From Candidatus Multivorans sp. (GTDB taxonomy: Bacteria > Acidobacteriota > Thermoanaerobaculia > Multivoradales > Multivoraceae), in the NCBI GenBank assembly GCA_965224025.1, contig OZ245033.1, positions 4,640,001-4,704,000 of the forward strand: DNA of 64,000 nucleotides, read 5' to 3'. A program made the position numbers and the translations under genes. The notes under the pieces are model-generated. The model ran no database searches. It worked only from the letters and a program-made list of their open reading frames with translations, and was not told the origin of the DNA. The number at the start of each line of letters is the position of its first letter. The stretch's first letter is position 1. Below are positions 49,600 through 59,401 of the stretch, piece after piece.

Positions 49600-51771
49600 C
49601 TACACCCCAGCGCGGTCGAGCAGGAAGGCGTACACCAACGCCGTCTCGCGGTAGCGGTCGTAGCGCCCGGAAGCGCCGCCGTGGCCGGCGCTCATGTTCG
49701 TCTTCAGCAGCAGCAGGTTGTCGTCCGTCTTCTTCGCGCGCAGCCGGGCCACCCACTTCGCGGGCTCCCAGTACTGGACCTGGGAGTCGTGCAGACCCGT
49801 GGTCACAAGCATGTGCGGGTAGTCCTTCGGCTCGACGTTGTCGTACGGCGAGTAGGAGAGCATGTAGTCGTAGTACTCGCGCTGCCTGGGGTCCCCCCAC
49901 TCGTCCCACTCGAAGGTCGTCAGCGGGATGCTCGCGTCGAGCATCGTGGTCACGACATCGACGAACGGCACCTGCGCCACGATGCCGCCCCAGAGGTCCG
50001 GCCGCATCGTGAACACGGCGCCCATCAGGAGCCCTCCGGCGCTTCCGCCCATCGCGTAGATCCGATCCGGATCGGCGTAGCCCTCGGCCGCCAGATGCTC
50101 GGCGGCGGCGATGAAGTCGGTGAAGGTGTTCTTCTTGTTCAGCAGCTTGCCGTCTTCGTACCAGTAGCGCCCCATCTCCTCGCCGCCCCGAATGTGCGCG
50201 ATGGCGTAGACGAAGCCGCGGTCGAGCAGGCTCAGTCGCAGCGAACTGAATCCCGCGTCCATGCTGGCGCCGTAGGAGCCGTAGCCGTAGAGGAGCAGGG
50301 GGCCGCCGCCCTCGGCCGGACGCAGATCGGACCGGTAGACGACGGACACCGGCACTTCCGTGCCGTCCGAGGCGACCGCCCAGAGCCGTTCGGTCCGGTA
50401 GTCGGCGGAGTCGAAGCCGCCCAGCACCCGGTCCTGCTTGCGCAGGGTCTTCTCCCGCCTGGCAGGGTCGTAGTCGAACACGGATCGCGGCGTGGTCAGC
50501 GACTGGTAGACGTAGCGCAAGGTGCCGGAGGCCGGATCGGGGTTGAGGCCGAGCCCCGCGGAGTAGGCCGGTTCGCCGAAGTCCAGGTCGTGACCCTCGA
50601 CGCCGCCGCCGCCCACCTCTTCGATGCGCAACTGGTTCAGGCCGCCGCGACGTTCGGACAGCACCAGGAAGCGATCGAACAGCCCGAAACCCTCGAGCAG
50701 CACGTCGTCGCGATGCGGCCGCTCCTCGCGCCAGGCGGCGCGGCCGGTCTCATCCTCGGCGGTCGACATGAGGCGGAAGTTCGGCGCTTCGTCGTTCGTG
50801 CGCACCCAGAAGCGGTCCCCCAGGTGGTCGACACCGTACTCGTGCCGCTCGCCCCGCGGCTCGAAGACCGCGAAGTCGCCGTCGGGGTCGTCGGCGCGCA
50901 GGATGCGCACTTCGGTACGCAGCGTGTGGCTCGAGACCGCCATCACGTACTTGCGGGACTGGCTGCGCCGCAGGAAGACGCTGAAGGTCTCGTCCGGCTC
51001 TTGGTAGACCAGGTCGTCGGCGGATTCGGACCCCAACCGGTGCCGGAACACCTGGTAGGAGCGCAGCGTGTCCGGATCCTGGCGAACGTAGAACAGGGTC
51101 GCGCTGTCGGCGGCCCAGGCCAGGTTCGCGGTTACGTCGGGGATCTCGTCCGGCAGCGTCTCGCCGGTCGACAGATCCTTGAAGCGGACGGTGTAGAAGC
51201 GCCGCCCCACGTCGTCGACGGCATAGGCCAGGATGCGGTGGTCCGGGCTGACCGACGGACGAACGGAGGTGTACTCCTTGCCCTCGGCGATCTCGTTCAC
51301 GTCGACCAGGACTTTCTCCGCCTCCGGACCGGCGGCGCCGCCGAACACATCGCCGTCCGCCGGCCGGCGGCAGTGGATCGGGTACTGCTTCCCCTCCTCG
51401 TAGCGGGTGTAGTACCAGTAGTCGCCGTCACGGTAGGGCACCGACGAATCGTCCTCGACGATGCGGCCGCGGATCTCCTCGAACAGCTCCTCCTGCAGCT
51501 TCCCGGTGTGCGCCATGACGCCATCGAGATAGGCGTTCTCCGCCTCGAGGTAGGCGATGACTTCCGGATCTTCCCGCTCCCGAAGCCAGTAGTACTCGTC
51601 GACCCGCACGTCGCCGTGGGTCTCGAGTTCGTGCGGACGCGCCGCGGCCATCGGCGGCTCGCCCGGGCTGGCCGCCGGAGCGGCGCAGGAGGTCACGGCG
51701 AGGGCGGACGCCACGAGCGCGGCAGCAATCGGGATTCTGGTTCGGAACGCTCTTGTTCGTGTCTTTTGCAT
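49600..51771 (-). CDS. ptrB: Oligopeptidase B (S9A), lipoprotein
   Basis: DEYYWLR, LYGYGSYG, GGSAGG (Ser), HDSQV (Asp), AGHGGASGR (His). Confidence 0.93.
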   Translation of the reverse strand: MQKTRTRAFRTRIPIAAALVASALAVTSCAAPAASPGEPPMAAARPHELETHGDVRVDEYYWLREREDPEVIAYLEAENAYLDGVMAHTGKLQEELFEEIRGRIVEDDSSVPYRDGDYWYYTRYEEGKQYPIHCRRPADGDVFGGAAGPEAEKVLVDVNEIAEGKEYTSVRPSVSPDHRILAYAVDDVGRRFYTVRFKDLSTGETLPDEIPDVTANLAWAADSATLFYVRQDPDTLRSYQVFRHRLGSESADDLVYQEPDETFSVFLRRSQSRKYVMAVSSHTLRTEVRILRADDPDGDFAVFEPRGERHEYGVDHLGDRFWVRTNDEAPNFRLMSTAEDETGRAAWREERPHRDDVLLEGFGLFDRFLVLSERRGGLNQLRIEEVGGGGVEGHDLDFGEPAYSAGLGLNPDPASGTLRYVYQSLTTPRSVFDYDPARREKTLRKQDRVLGGFDSADYRTERLWAVASDGTEVPVSVVYRSDLRPAEGGGPLLLYGYGSYGASMDAGFSSLRLSLLDRGFVYAIAHIRGGEEMGRYWYEDGKLLNKKNTFTDFIAAAEHLAAEGYADPDRIYAMGGSAGGLLMGAVFTMRPDLWGGIVAQVPFVDVVTTMLDASIPLTTFEWDEWGDPRQREYYDYMLSYSPYDNVEPKDYPHMLVTTGLHDSQVQYWEPAKWVARLRAKKTDDNLLLLKTNMSAGHGGASGRYDRYRETALVYAFLLDRAGV

Positions 51772-51790
51772 GGGTAGGTGAGTCTAGCCA

Positions 51791-52729
51791 TCAACTTCGT
51801 TCCCACAGAAGAATGGCCGCAAAGAGATCTTCGAGCGCGGCGCCGACGGACTTGAACAGGGTGATCTCCTCGCCATCCCTGCGTCCGCCGTGCTCGCCGC
51901 GGCACAGCTCGTAGAGGTCCGCGGCCACGTCCTCCGGAACAAGGGCGCCCGACTCAATCGGCTGGGTCAGGTCGCCCCCCTCCACCAGAGCGCCGGCCCG
52001 GGTGTCGACGAAGACGGTCGAACGGCGCATCGCCTCGTCGTCCGTCTCGCGCATGGCCGGCGTGAAGCCGCCGACCAGGTCCACGTGGACGCCGGGCTGC
52101 AGCCATGAACCGAGCACCAGGGGCGCCGTCGCCAGGGTCGCGGTGCTGACGATGTCCGCCTCGCGCACGGCCGCCTCCAGATCAACAGCCGTCCCGGTCC
52201 CCAGTCCTTGAAGCAATGGCGAACGGGACGCCGCCACCGCCTTCTCGGGCCGGCGTCCCCAGAACTCGATCTCGAGTTCAGGCCGCGCCGCCGCGTGCGC
52301 GGCCGCCAGATGGTGTGCCAGATTTCCCGTGCCGACCACCAGCAGCCGCCGGGCATCGGAGCGCGCCAGGAACTTCGACGCCAGCGCCGAGGCGGCCGCC
52401 GTGCGCCGCAGGGTCAGTTCCAGGCCGTCGATCAACGCCAGCGGCTCGCCGGTCACCGTCGAGGACAGGATGTAGCTGGCCTGCACCGCCCCCAGACCGC
52501 GGGAAACGTTGCCCGGAAACACCGTCGCCACCTTGACCCCCAGGTAGCCGCCCGCGGTCCACGCCGGCATCAGCAGCAGCGTAGCCTCCGGATCGCCGGC
52601 CGGCGTGGCGACGCCATGATGATGGCGCACCGGCATCTCGCAGCCGTCGTGGAAGCCCCGTTCCAGGGCCTCCACCACGACGCCCCAGGGCAGCAGTTCG
52701 GCGGTCTTGGCGGCGTCGAAGATCTTCAT
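51791..52729 (-). CDS. Ornithine cyclodeaminase/mu-crystallin family (imine reductase, e.g. pyrroline-2-carboxylate reductase-like)
   Basis: LLLMPAW, GVKVATVFPGN, LTLRRTAAAS, GTG, FKSVGAALED. Confidence 0.9.
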   Translation of the reverse strand: MKIFDAAKTAELLPWGVVVEALERGFHDGCEMPVRHHHGVATPAGDPEATLLLMPAWTAGGYLGVKVATVFPGNVSRGLGAVQASYILSSTVTGEPLALIDGLELTLRRTAAASALASKFLARSDARRLLVVGTGNLAHHLAAAHAAARPELEIEFWGRRPEKAVAASRSPLLQGLGTGTAVDLEAAVREADIVSTATLATAPLVLGSWLQPGVHVDLVGGFTPAMRETDDEAMRRSTVFVDTRAGALVEGGDLTQPIESGALVPEDVAADLYELCRGEHGGRRDGEEITLFKSVGAALEDLFAAILLWERS

Positions 52730-52757
52730 ACGAATGCGGAGGATAGTCTCATCCGCC

Positions 52758-53501
52758 ATGGACCATCTCGGAGAGCTTGAACAGAACGGTTACGTGATCC
52801 TGGAAGGGGCTCTGGAGCGGCGGCAGGTCGACGCTCTTCGCCGCGAACTCGAACCCCACCTCGACCGCCGACTGTTCGGTCGCAACCCGTTCGAGGGACA
52901 CAGCACGCAGCGGGTCTACGGTCTGCTCTCCAAGTCGCGCCTGTTCGACCCCCTCGTCGAGCATCCGGCGGTGATGGCCGCCTGCGAGAGCACCCTGGGA
53001 GCCGGCTTCCTGCTCTCCGTGGCCCACGCCATCCTGATCCACCCGGGCGAGGCGGCCCAGAGCCTCCACCACGACGATTCGTTCTACCCCCTGCCCCGGC
53101 CCCGCCAGGCGCTCGGCGTGAGCACGATCTGGGCGCTCGACGACTTCACCGAGGACAACGGCGCCACCCGCATCGTGCCCCGCAGCCACCGCTGGAACGG
53201 CGAGAAACCCGAAGAGTCGGCGGCGCGGCCGGTCATCATGCCGGCCGGCTCGCTGCTCATCTTCCTCGGCACCCTCTACCACGGCGGAGGCGAGAACCGC
53301 TCGGCCGGAACGCGCCTCGGCCTGACCATCCAGTACTGCCCGCCGTGGGCGCGCCAGCAGGAGAACTTCATCCTCGGGGTCCCCGCGGATGAGGTTCCCA
53401 GAATGTCTCCCAGGATCCAGGAGCTGATCGGCTACGGCATCCATCCTCCGTTCATGGGCCACGTAGACGGCCGCCACCCGCGGAAGGCGCTCCAAACATG
53501 A
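52758..53501 (+). CDS. Phytanoyl-CoA dioxygenase (PhyH)-family Fe(II)/2OG dioxygenase
   Basis: QSLHHD (HxD), WALDDFTEDNGATRIVP, HGGGEN, RLG. Confidence 0.9.
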   Translation: MDHLGELEQNGYVILEGALERRQVDALRRELEPHLDRRLFGRNPFEGHSTQRVYGLLSKSRLFDPLVEHPAVMAACESTLGAGFLLSVAHAILIHPGEAAQSLHHDDSFYPLPRPRQALGVSTIWALDDFTEDNGATRIVPRSHRWNGEKPEESAARPVIMPAGSLLIFLGTLYHGGGENRSAGTRLGLTIQYCPPWARQQENFILGVPADEVPRMSPRIQELIGYGIHPPFMGHVDGRHPRKALQT

Positions 53502-55123
53502 AGAAGTTCCAGTTCCTGTTCGGCCTGCTGACCACCCTGGCCCTTGCCGCGGCCTGCGGCGCCCCGGCCGATGGGCCCGAAGGCGAGGCATCCACGGACG
53601 AACCCGCGGCCGCCGTCCCCGAAGGCGCGCCCAAACTCGTCCTCCTGATCGCCGTCGATCAGATGCGAGCCGACTACCTGGAGCGCTTCGGCCCCCTGCT
53701 CACGGACGGCCTGGCCCGGCTTCTCCGCGAGGGCGTCGCCTTCACCGACGCCCACCACTTCCACGCCGCCACCGAGACCGCCCCCGGCCACGCCACCCTG
53801 GCCACGGGTGCGTTCCCCAAGCGGCACGGGATCATCGGCAACGGCTGGTTCGACCGGGAGACCGGCGACGAGGCGTACTGCTGCGGCGACCCGGACCACG
53901 GCGTGTCGCCGCGCAACATGCTCGTCCCGGCCCTGGGCGATCTGCTCAAGGCCGCCTGGCCGCAGTCCAAGGTCTTCTCCGCCAGCGGCAAGGACCGGGC
54001 GGCGATCCTGATGGGCGGACACCACGCCGACGGCGCCTGGTGGTACAGCCGCGCGACAGGGAGTTGGGTGACGTCGACCTACTACGGCGACGCGGACTCC
54101 CAGCCCGAGTGGCTCGACGATTTCAACGCCCAGAGCCGCCTCGACCTGCTCTTCGGCACCGCTTGGGCGCCGCTGCTGCCGATCGAGCACACCGCGGCCT
54201 ACGACATCGAGCCGCTCGACCGCGGTCTGTTCGCGAACACCTTCCCGCACGCCCTGGGCGGCTACACCGTCGAACGGTCGGCGTTCTATGCCTCCATCTA
54301 CCGGTCGCCCTTCCTCGACGGCTACCTCGAGGACTTCGCGGAGACCCTGATCGAGGCGGAGGATCTCGGCGCCGACGACGTCCCCGACCTGCTTGCGCTC
54401 AGCTTCTCGGCGCTCGACACGGTCGGCCACGGCTTCGGCCCGAACGCCCCGGAGACCCTGGACACGATCCTGCGGCTCGACCGGACGATCGGCGAACTGT
54501 TCGACTTCATCGACGACAAGATCGGCATGGAAAACGTGGTCGTCGCGCTCTCCGCCGACCACGGCGTCGGCATCGTGCCGGAACTGGTGGTCCGCGACGG
54601 CGGCGAGGGCGGCCGTTTCGGCGCCGAGCAGACGCTCTGCCTGCAGCGGCTGCTGGCGCGGCTCGAAGAACGCTTCGGCGACGGCGAGTTCCTGCTCGAC
54701 ACCTTCTATCTCGACGACGAGGCCATCGCCGCGGCCGGCGCCGACCGGACGGCGGTCGAGGACGAGATCATCGAGGCGATGGGCAACTGCCCGCTGATCG
54801 CCGAAGTCGTCCGGCCCGCCGAACTCGACCCGGCCGATCCCCTCCACGAGCTCTACCTGAACAGCTACCACGCGAGCCGCAGCGGCGATCTGATCGCCGT
54901 GCCGGCGCCCAACGTGCTGCCGGCGCCGTTCACGGCCGTCACCGCCAGCCACGGCTCGCCGCACGGCTATGACACCCACGTGCCGCTGATCATCCGCCGT
55001 CAGGACGGCGCCGGCCGCGTGGTCACGGAGCGCGCCAACACGATCGATCTTGCACCCAGCCTGGCTACGATCCTGGGACTCGACTTCGACGGATTCGACG
55101 GCGTCGACCGGCTGACCGAGTGA
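53498..55123 (+). CDS. Alkaline phosphatase family protein (PafA-like), lipoprotein
   Basis: Lipobox AAAC, VDQMRADY, TETAPGHAT, KDRAAILMGGH, D.VGH.FGP, SADHG, HGSP.GYDTHVP. Confidence 0.9.
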   Translation: MKKFQFLFGLLTTLALAAACGAPADGPEGEASTDEPAAAVPEGAPKLVLLIAVDQMRADYLERFGPLLTDGLARLLREGVAFTDAHHFHAATETAPGHATLATGAFPKRHGIIGNGWFDRETGDEAYCCGDPDHGVSPRNMLVPALGDLLKAAWPQSKVFSASGKDRAAILMGGHHADGAWWYSRATGSWVTSTYYGDADSQPEWLDDFNAQSRLDLLFGTAWAPLLPIEHTAAYDIEPLDRGLFANTFPHALGGYTVERSAFYASIYRSPFLDGYLEDFAETLIEAEDLGADDVPDLLALSFSALDTVGHGFGPNAPETLDTILRLDRTIGELFDFIDDKIGMENVVVALSADHGVGIVPELVVRDGGEGGRFGAEQTLCLQRLLARLEERFGDGEFLLDTFYLDDEAIAAAGADRTAVEDEIIEAMGNCPLIAEVVRPAELDPADPLHELYLNSYHASRSGDLIAVPAPNVLPAPFTAVTASHGSPHGYDTHVPLIIRRQDGAGRVVTERANTIDLAPSLATILGLDFDGFDGVDRLTE

Positions 55124-55140
55124 GTCGATTGGCCGACCCA

Positions 55141-56205
55141 ATGAGGACGACCTTCATGCCCAGTACCACCACACCCGCGCCGATGGCCAGGGTTCGAACC
55201 GCGGCCGCGGCCACCGTCTGCCTGACGGCAGCCTTCCTCACGGCCTGCCAGGCGGAGGCGCAGACCTACGCGGAGAAGCTCGGCTTCCCCGCCGGCGCCC
55301 GCGCCGTCATCCTGCACGTCGACGACGCCGGCATGTCGCACGACTCGAACGTCGGCGCCTTCCGCTCCATCCTCGACGGCGTCGCGAACTCGATGAGCGT
55401 GATGATGCCCTGCCCGTGGGTGCCCGAGCTGGTGCGGGGCCTCAAGGAGAACCCGGGGATCGACGCCGGCCTCCACGTGACCCTGACCGCCGAGTGGGAC
55501 GACTACCGCTGGGGTCCCCTCGTGGGCCGGGAAGCGGCGCCCGGCCTGGTCGATCCGGAGGGAGCCCTGTGGTCGAGCGTCGCCGAGGTCGCCGCCAACG
55601 CGACCCCCGACGAAGTGGAGGCCGAGGTCCGCGAACAGATCAACCGCGCCCGCACGATGGGTTTCGAACCGACCCATCTCGACTCCCACATGGGCACCCT
55701 CTTCGCCACGATGGACTTCCTCGAGCGCTACATCGCGGTCGGTCTCGACGAGGGCATCCCGCTCATGTTCCCGGGCGGCCACAACACGATCCTCAAAGCG
55801 CAGTACGAGGCCCAGGGGCGGGACACGCCGCCGGGTCTTGGCCGCGCGACCGAACTCGGCCAGCGCATCTGGGACGGCGGCCTGCCGGTTCTCGACGACC
55901 TCCACAACCTGAGCTACGGCTGGGTCCCCGAGAGCGGCCCCGACGCCACGGACGAGGAACTCCTGGAGTACAAGGTCGAGCGCTACATCCAGGGCCTGCG
56001 CGATCTCCGCCCCGGAGTCACGATGGTCATCATGCACTCCACCGATCCAAGCGAGAACTTCAAGTACATCTCCAGTTCCGGCCCCAGCCGCAAGGGCGAC
56101 ATGCTGGCTATGCTCGACCCCCGCCTCAGGCAGGCGATCGAGGAGGAGGGGCTGGTCCTGACCACCTTCCGCGAACTGAAGGAAAGGCGGGACCGCGTCG
56201 AGTAG
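55141..56205 (+). CDS. ChbG/YdjC-family carbohydrate deacetylase
   Basis: ILHVDDAGM, GLHVTL, THLDSHMG; start may be 55156 or 55183. Confidence 0.85.
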   Translation: MRTTFMPSTTTPAPMARVRTAAAATVCLTAAFLTACQAEAQTYAEKLGFPAGARAVILHVDDAGMSHDSNVGAFRSILDGVANSMSVMMPCPWVPELVRGLKENPGIDAGLHVTLTAEWDDYRWGPLVGREAAPGLVDPEGALWSSVAEVAANATPDEVEAEVREQINRARTMGFEPTHLDSHMGTLFATMDFLERYIAVGLDEGIPLMFPGGHNTILKAQYEAQGRDTPPGLGRATELGQRIWDGGLPVLDDLHNLSYGWVPESGPDATDEELLEYKVERYIQGLRDLRPGVTMVIMHSTDPSENFKYISSSGPSRKGDMLAMLDPRLRQAIEEEGLVLTTFRELKERRDRVE

Positions 56206-56212
56206 CAGACGG

Positions 56213-56485
56213 GTGCTCCGTAGCGCCGGCGATTATTCCGCCGAAGAGATGGCGGCGGCCTGGTTGATTCAGGCGAAGCGGTTGCTCGACTCAGCCGACT
56301 TGCCGACCCACCTGGCGACGGTTCGATCAACTGAGGTGGAACCTCTGGCCACGATTCAGCTTCCCGCTGAGACGGCCAACACCGTCCTCGAGTGGGCACT
56401 CGAAGCGGCGACCCGGGTACTTCGAGGCGAACCCCAGCCTTCCGACGCCGAGGTCTACAAGGCTGCTCGGGCCCTACCGCGCTAG
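56213..56485 (+). CDS. Short hypothetical ORF or gene fragment
   Basis: 90-aa helical-looking ORF without a clear RBS; no recognisable motif. Confidence 0.3.
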   Translation: MLRSAGDYSAEEMAAAWLIQAKRLLDSADLPTHLATVRSTEVEPLATIQLPAETANTVLEWALEAATRVLRGEPQPSDAEVYKAARALPR

Positions 56486-56702
56486 GCAAGGCCCGAGACT
56501 CGCGCTCGCCGCTTCGCGGCGTCGCGCCTGATGCGGGCCGGAAGGCCCGCGCACCCAGAGATACGCCTCAGGTGCGGCGAGGTTCTCTACATGCGGATGA
56601 CATGACACCGCTGCGGGCGTTGCGGACCAGAAAGTACCCCAGAGGCAAGTCGGTGCTCGAGCTTCCGCGTCAGGCCCCTCGGCACCGACGTCCAGCCCAG
56701 TC

Positions 56703-56862
56703 GGGTCAGGAGGGGTCGGCTCCCAGGTGCCTCTGAACGAGCGACGGCCGGCGCCCTCCCAGCAACCGACGCCCAACCGGAGCGAGTGAAGCGGAGTGAG
56801 TGCAACCCCTCCCATCTCCTCTCAAGCGCTCACGTCAACTGGGAGCCGACCCCTCCTGACCC
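56703..56862. repeat. 160-bp element bounded by perfect 24-bp inverted repeats (MITE/REP-like)
   Basis: GGGTCAGGAGGGGTCGGCTCCCAG (56703-56726) is the exact reverse complement of CTGGGAGCCGACCCCTCCTGACCC (56839-56862). Confidence 0.8.
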
Positions 56863-56909
56863 AAGACGGGCGGGTGCGTCCTCCGCCGCGCGCGCCGTCG
56901 CCGGCACAG

Positions 56910-57752
56910 CTAGCTCGCGATGCGCTGGAAGTTCGGCGGCCGGCGCTCGACGAAGGAGGCGACGCCCTCCTTGAAGTCGTCGCGCTGCAGGCTTTCGGCC
57001 ATCAACTGGTTCGACTCGCGCAGCGCGTCGCCGGTGTCCATCATCAGGTGGCGGTAGACCTGCTGCTTGATGACCTTGAGCGAAAGCGGCGCGGAGCGCT
57101 CCGCCAGGGCCTTGATGTAGTTCCGGGCCTCGGGGACGACCTGGTCATGCGGCACGGAACGGTTGACGACGCCCATCTGGGCGGCTTCCGGGCCGTAGAA
57201 CTTGCGTCCCGTCCACAGGATGTCGAGCGCGTTGGACGGCCCGGCGACGCGCGGCAGGATCCAGCTCAGGCCGTGCTCGGCGATCAGTCCGCGGTTGACG
57301 AAGGCGGAGGCGAAAACGGCGCGATCGGACGCGATGCGGATGTCGCATAGCATCGCGACGGCGAAACCGAGACCCGCGCAGGGGCCGTTGATCGCGGCGA
57401 CGATCGGCTTGCGCACCGCCATCAGGTAGTTGAATGTGACGCCGAAATTCTCGGCGCCCATTTCCTCGATCGCACCGGCCTGCGCGTCTTCGAACGTGTT
57501 GCCGCCGCCGCTGCCGCCCTCGCCGCGGCTCGTGGCCTGGAGGCCCTTCATGTCCGCGCCGGCGCAGAAACCGCGCCCGGCGCCGGTGAGCAGGATGCCG
57601 ACCACCCGCTCGTCCCGCTCGGCGGCCGCCATCGCGTGCTTCATTTCGGCCATCATGCTGCCGGTGATCGCGTTCAGTTGCTCCGGCCGGTTGAGAGTGA
57701 TCGTGGCGATGGGATCGTCCACGTCGTACTTGATGAGTTCGTACTCGGTCAT
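56910..57752 (-). CDS. Enoyl-CoA hydratase/isomerase family protein
   Basis: ITLNRPEQLNA, FCAGAD, AAINGPCAG, DFKEGVASFVERRPPNF. Confidence 0.93.
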   Translation of the reverse strand: MTEYELIKYDVDDPIATITLNRPEQLNAITGSMMAEMKHAMAAAERDERVVGILLTGAGRGFCAGADMKGLQATSRGEGGSGGGNTFEDAQAGAIEEMGAENFGVTFNYLMAVRKPIVAAINGPCAGLGFAVAMLCDIRIASDRAVFASAFVNRGLIAEHGLSWILPRVAGPSNALDILWTGRKFYGPEAAQMGVVNRSVPHDQVVPEARNYIKALAERSAPLSLKVIKQQVYRHLMMDTGDALRESNQLMAESLQRDDFKEGVASFVERRPPNFQRIAS

Positions 57753-57932
57753 GCCTTGGACTCCAGCCGCTGTTCAAAGTGAGCGGCCAAGAGTAGCGCA
57801 AACCGGTCGGCCGCCAAGCCCGCATATTTCACCGAGGTCCGTAGCGAGGGCGTGGAGGCGCGACATCCCTCAAATATGCGGGCTAACATGGCCAAGCGCC
57901 CTGGAACGCACACCGCGTCGAAGGAGAACGTC

Positions 57933-58769
57933 ATGCCTCGAACTTCAACAGCGGGCGGCGACTGTCGCACGGCAACGCCGGCACCGGTTGCTCTGGTCGC
58001 CTCAGCACTCTTCGTGGCCTGCGCCGGCCCCGAGCCCGAACCGGCGCCCCGCCCCCAACCCCCGCCGGGCACCTCCGAACGGCTCGACATCGTCAATCGC
58101 GCCATCGAGCACCACGGCGGCGAGCTGTTCGAGCAGTCCCGGGTCAGGCTGACGGTGGCTTCCCGTTCCGGGAGTTTCGACGTCGACTCGATGGCCGACG
58201 GCGACCGCTTCGAGCAGCGGATCCGCGCCTCGAACGGCAGCGACGAGCGGGAGTACCGGCGCGACAACACGGCGCTGGAGGTGACCGAGGGCGGTCAGCC
58301 GATGGAAATGGACGAAACGCGACACGCCCGCGCCGAGAGCTACGTCAACCAGCGCATGTACTTCCTCTTCCTGCCCTACAAGCTGAACGATCCGGGCGCC
58401 TACAAGGAGGATCAGGGCCTCGAGGAGTGGAACGGCCGCCAACTGCACCGCGTCCGGGTCACCTTCCAACCCGGCGCCAGCGACGGCGCGGACAGCGCTT
58501 ACGTCTACTGGTTCGATCCCCAGACCGCCCGCCTCGAGCAGTTCGCGTACGACTACAGCGAAGGCACCGGCCTCCGCTTCCGGGTGCTGACGAACTACCG
58601 GCGGATCGGCGGCCTGCTATTCTACGACGCGGACAACTACGGCTTGAACACCCGCGACGGCGGTCTGACCGTCGACGACATCAACCCGGTCTACGTCGAG
58701 GAGGAGCTGCCCCTCGTGTCGCGGATCGAACTGCGCGACATAGCCGTGGAACGGACCGGCGTCAGTTGA
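57933..58769 (+). CDS. Hypothetical lipoprotein (DUF6503-like)
   Basis: AAGGAG RBS, lipobox FVAC, AIEHHGG, YFLFLPYKLNDPG. Confidence 0.7.
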   Translation: MPRTSTAGGDCRTATPAPVALVASALFVACAGPEPEPAPRPQPPPGTSERLDIVNRAIEHHGGELFEQSRVRLTVASRSGSFDVDSMADGDRFEQRIRASNGSDEREYRRDNTALEVTEGGQPMEMDETRHARAESYVNQRMYFLFLPYKLNDPGAYKEDQGLEEWNGRQLHRVRVTFQPGASDGADSAYVYWFDPQTARLEQFAYDYSEGTGLRFRVLTNYRRIGGLLFYDADNYGLNTRDGGLTVDDINPVYVEEELPLVSRIELRDIAVERTGVS

Positions 58770-59239
58770 CGGTGCGCCGCGCCACCGCCATAGCCGGGCT
58801 CGCCGCACTCCTGCTGCTCGCCTCCTGCGAACCGCCGGCGCTCGAGGAACCGGCCCCGGAATTCGACCCTCAGACCGTCGCGGCGGCGGTGCTCGAGGTT
58901 CTCGACATGCAGGTGGACGCCTGGAACGAGGGCGACATCGACGGCTTCATGGCCGGCTATCTGAACAGCGACGAACTGCGATTCGCCTCGGGCAACGAGG
59001 TCCATCGCGGCTGGAGACAGACCCGTCAGCGGTACCACGCGAGGTACCCCGACCGCGCCGCGATGGGAACGCTCGCCTTCGAGAACCTGGACGTGCGCGT
59101 ACTCTCCGAACACGCCGCCATGGTCTTCGGCCGCTTCCGGCTGACCCGCAAGGCCGACGAACCGACCGGGCTGTTCACCCTGCTGCTCGAGCAGCACGGC
59201 GAGCGGTGGTTGATCGTCGCCGACCACACGTCGCAGTAA
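58766..59239 (+). CDS. NTF2-like (DUF4440/YybH) lipoprotein
   Basis: Lipobox LASC; AWNEGDIDGFMAGY, MGTLAF, WLIVADHTS. Confidence 0.85.
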   Translation: MTVRRATAIAGLAALLLLASCEPPALEEPAPEFDPQTVAAAVLEVLDMQVDAWNEGDIDGFMAGYLNSDELRFASGNEVHRGWRQTRQRYHARYPDRAAMGTLAFENLDVRVLSEHAAMVFGRFRLTRKADEPTGLFTLLLEQHGERWLIVADHTSQ

Positions 59240-59401
59240 CCTCTTCACACGCGTCGCGTAGACTCAGCGCTCGGTGCGGTCGCGGCGCGTTCGCCGATTC
59301 GATGCCCCGGTCACCCGGCGAGGCTTCGAACCGCGCGCACCCTGAGCCCCTCTGCCTGAGATGAAACCAAGGCGGTTTCGCCTGCACTGGTAACGAAGAC
59401 G

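Noticed and set aside
57901-57917. TGGAACGCACACCGC, GG-N10-GC spacing upstream of the lipoprotein gene
   Set aside because: Lacks the TTGC element and lies too close to the RBS; likely chance.
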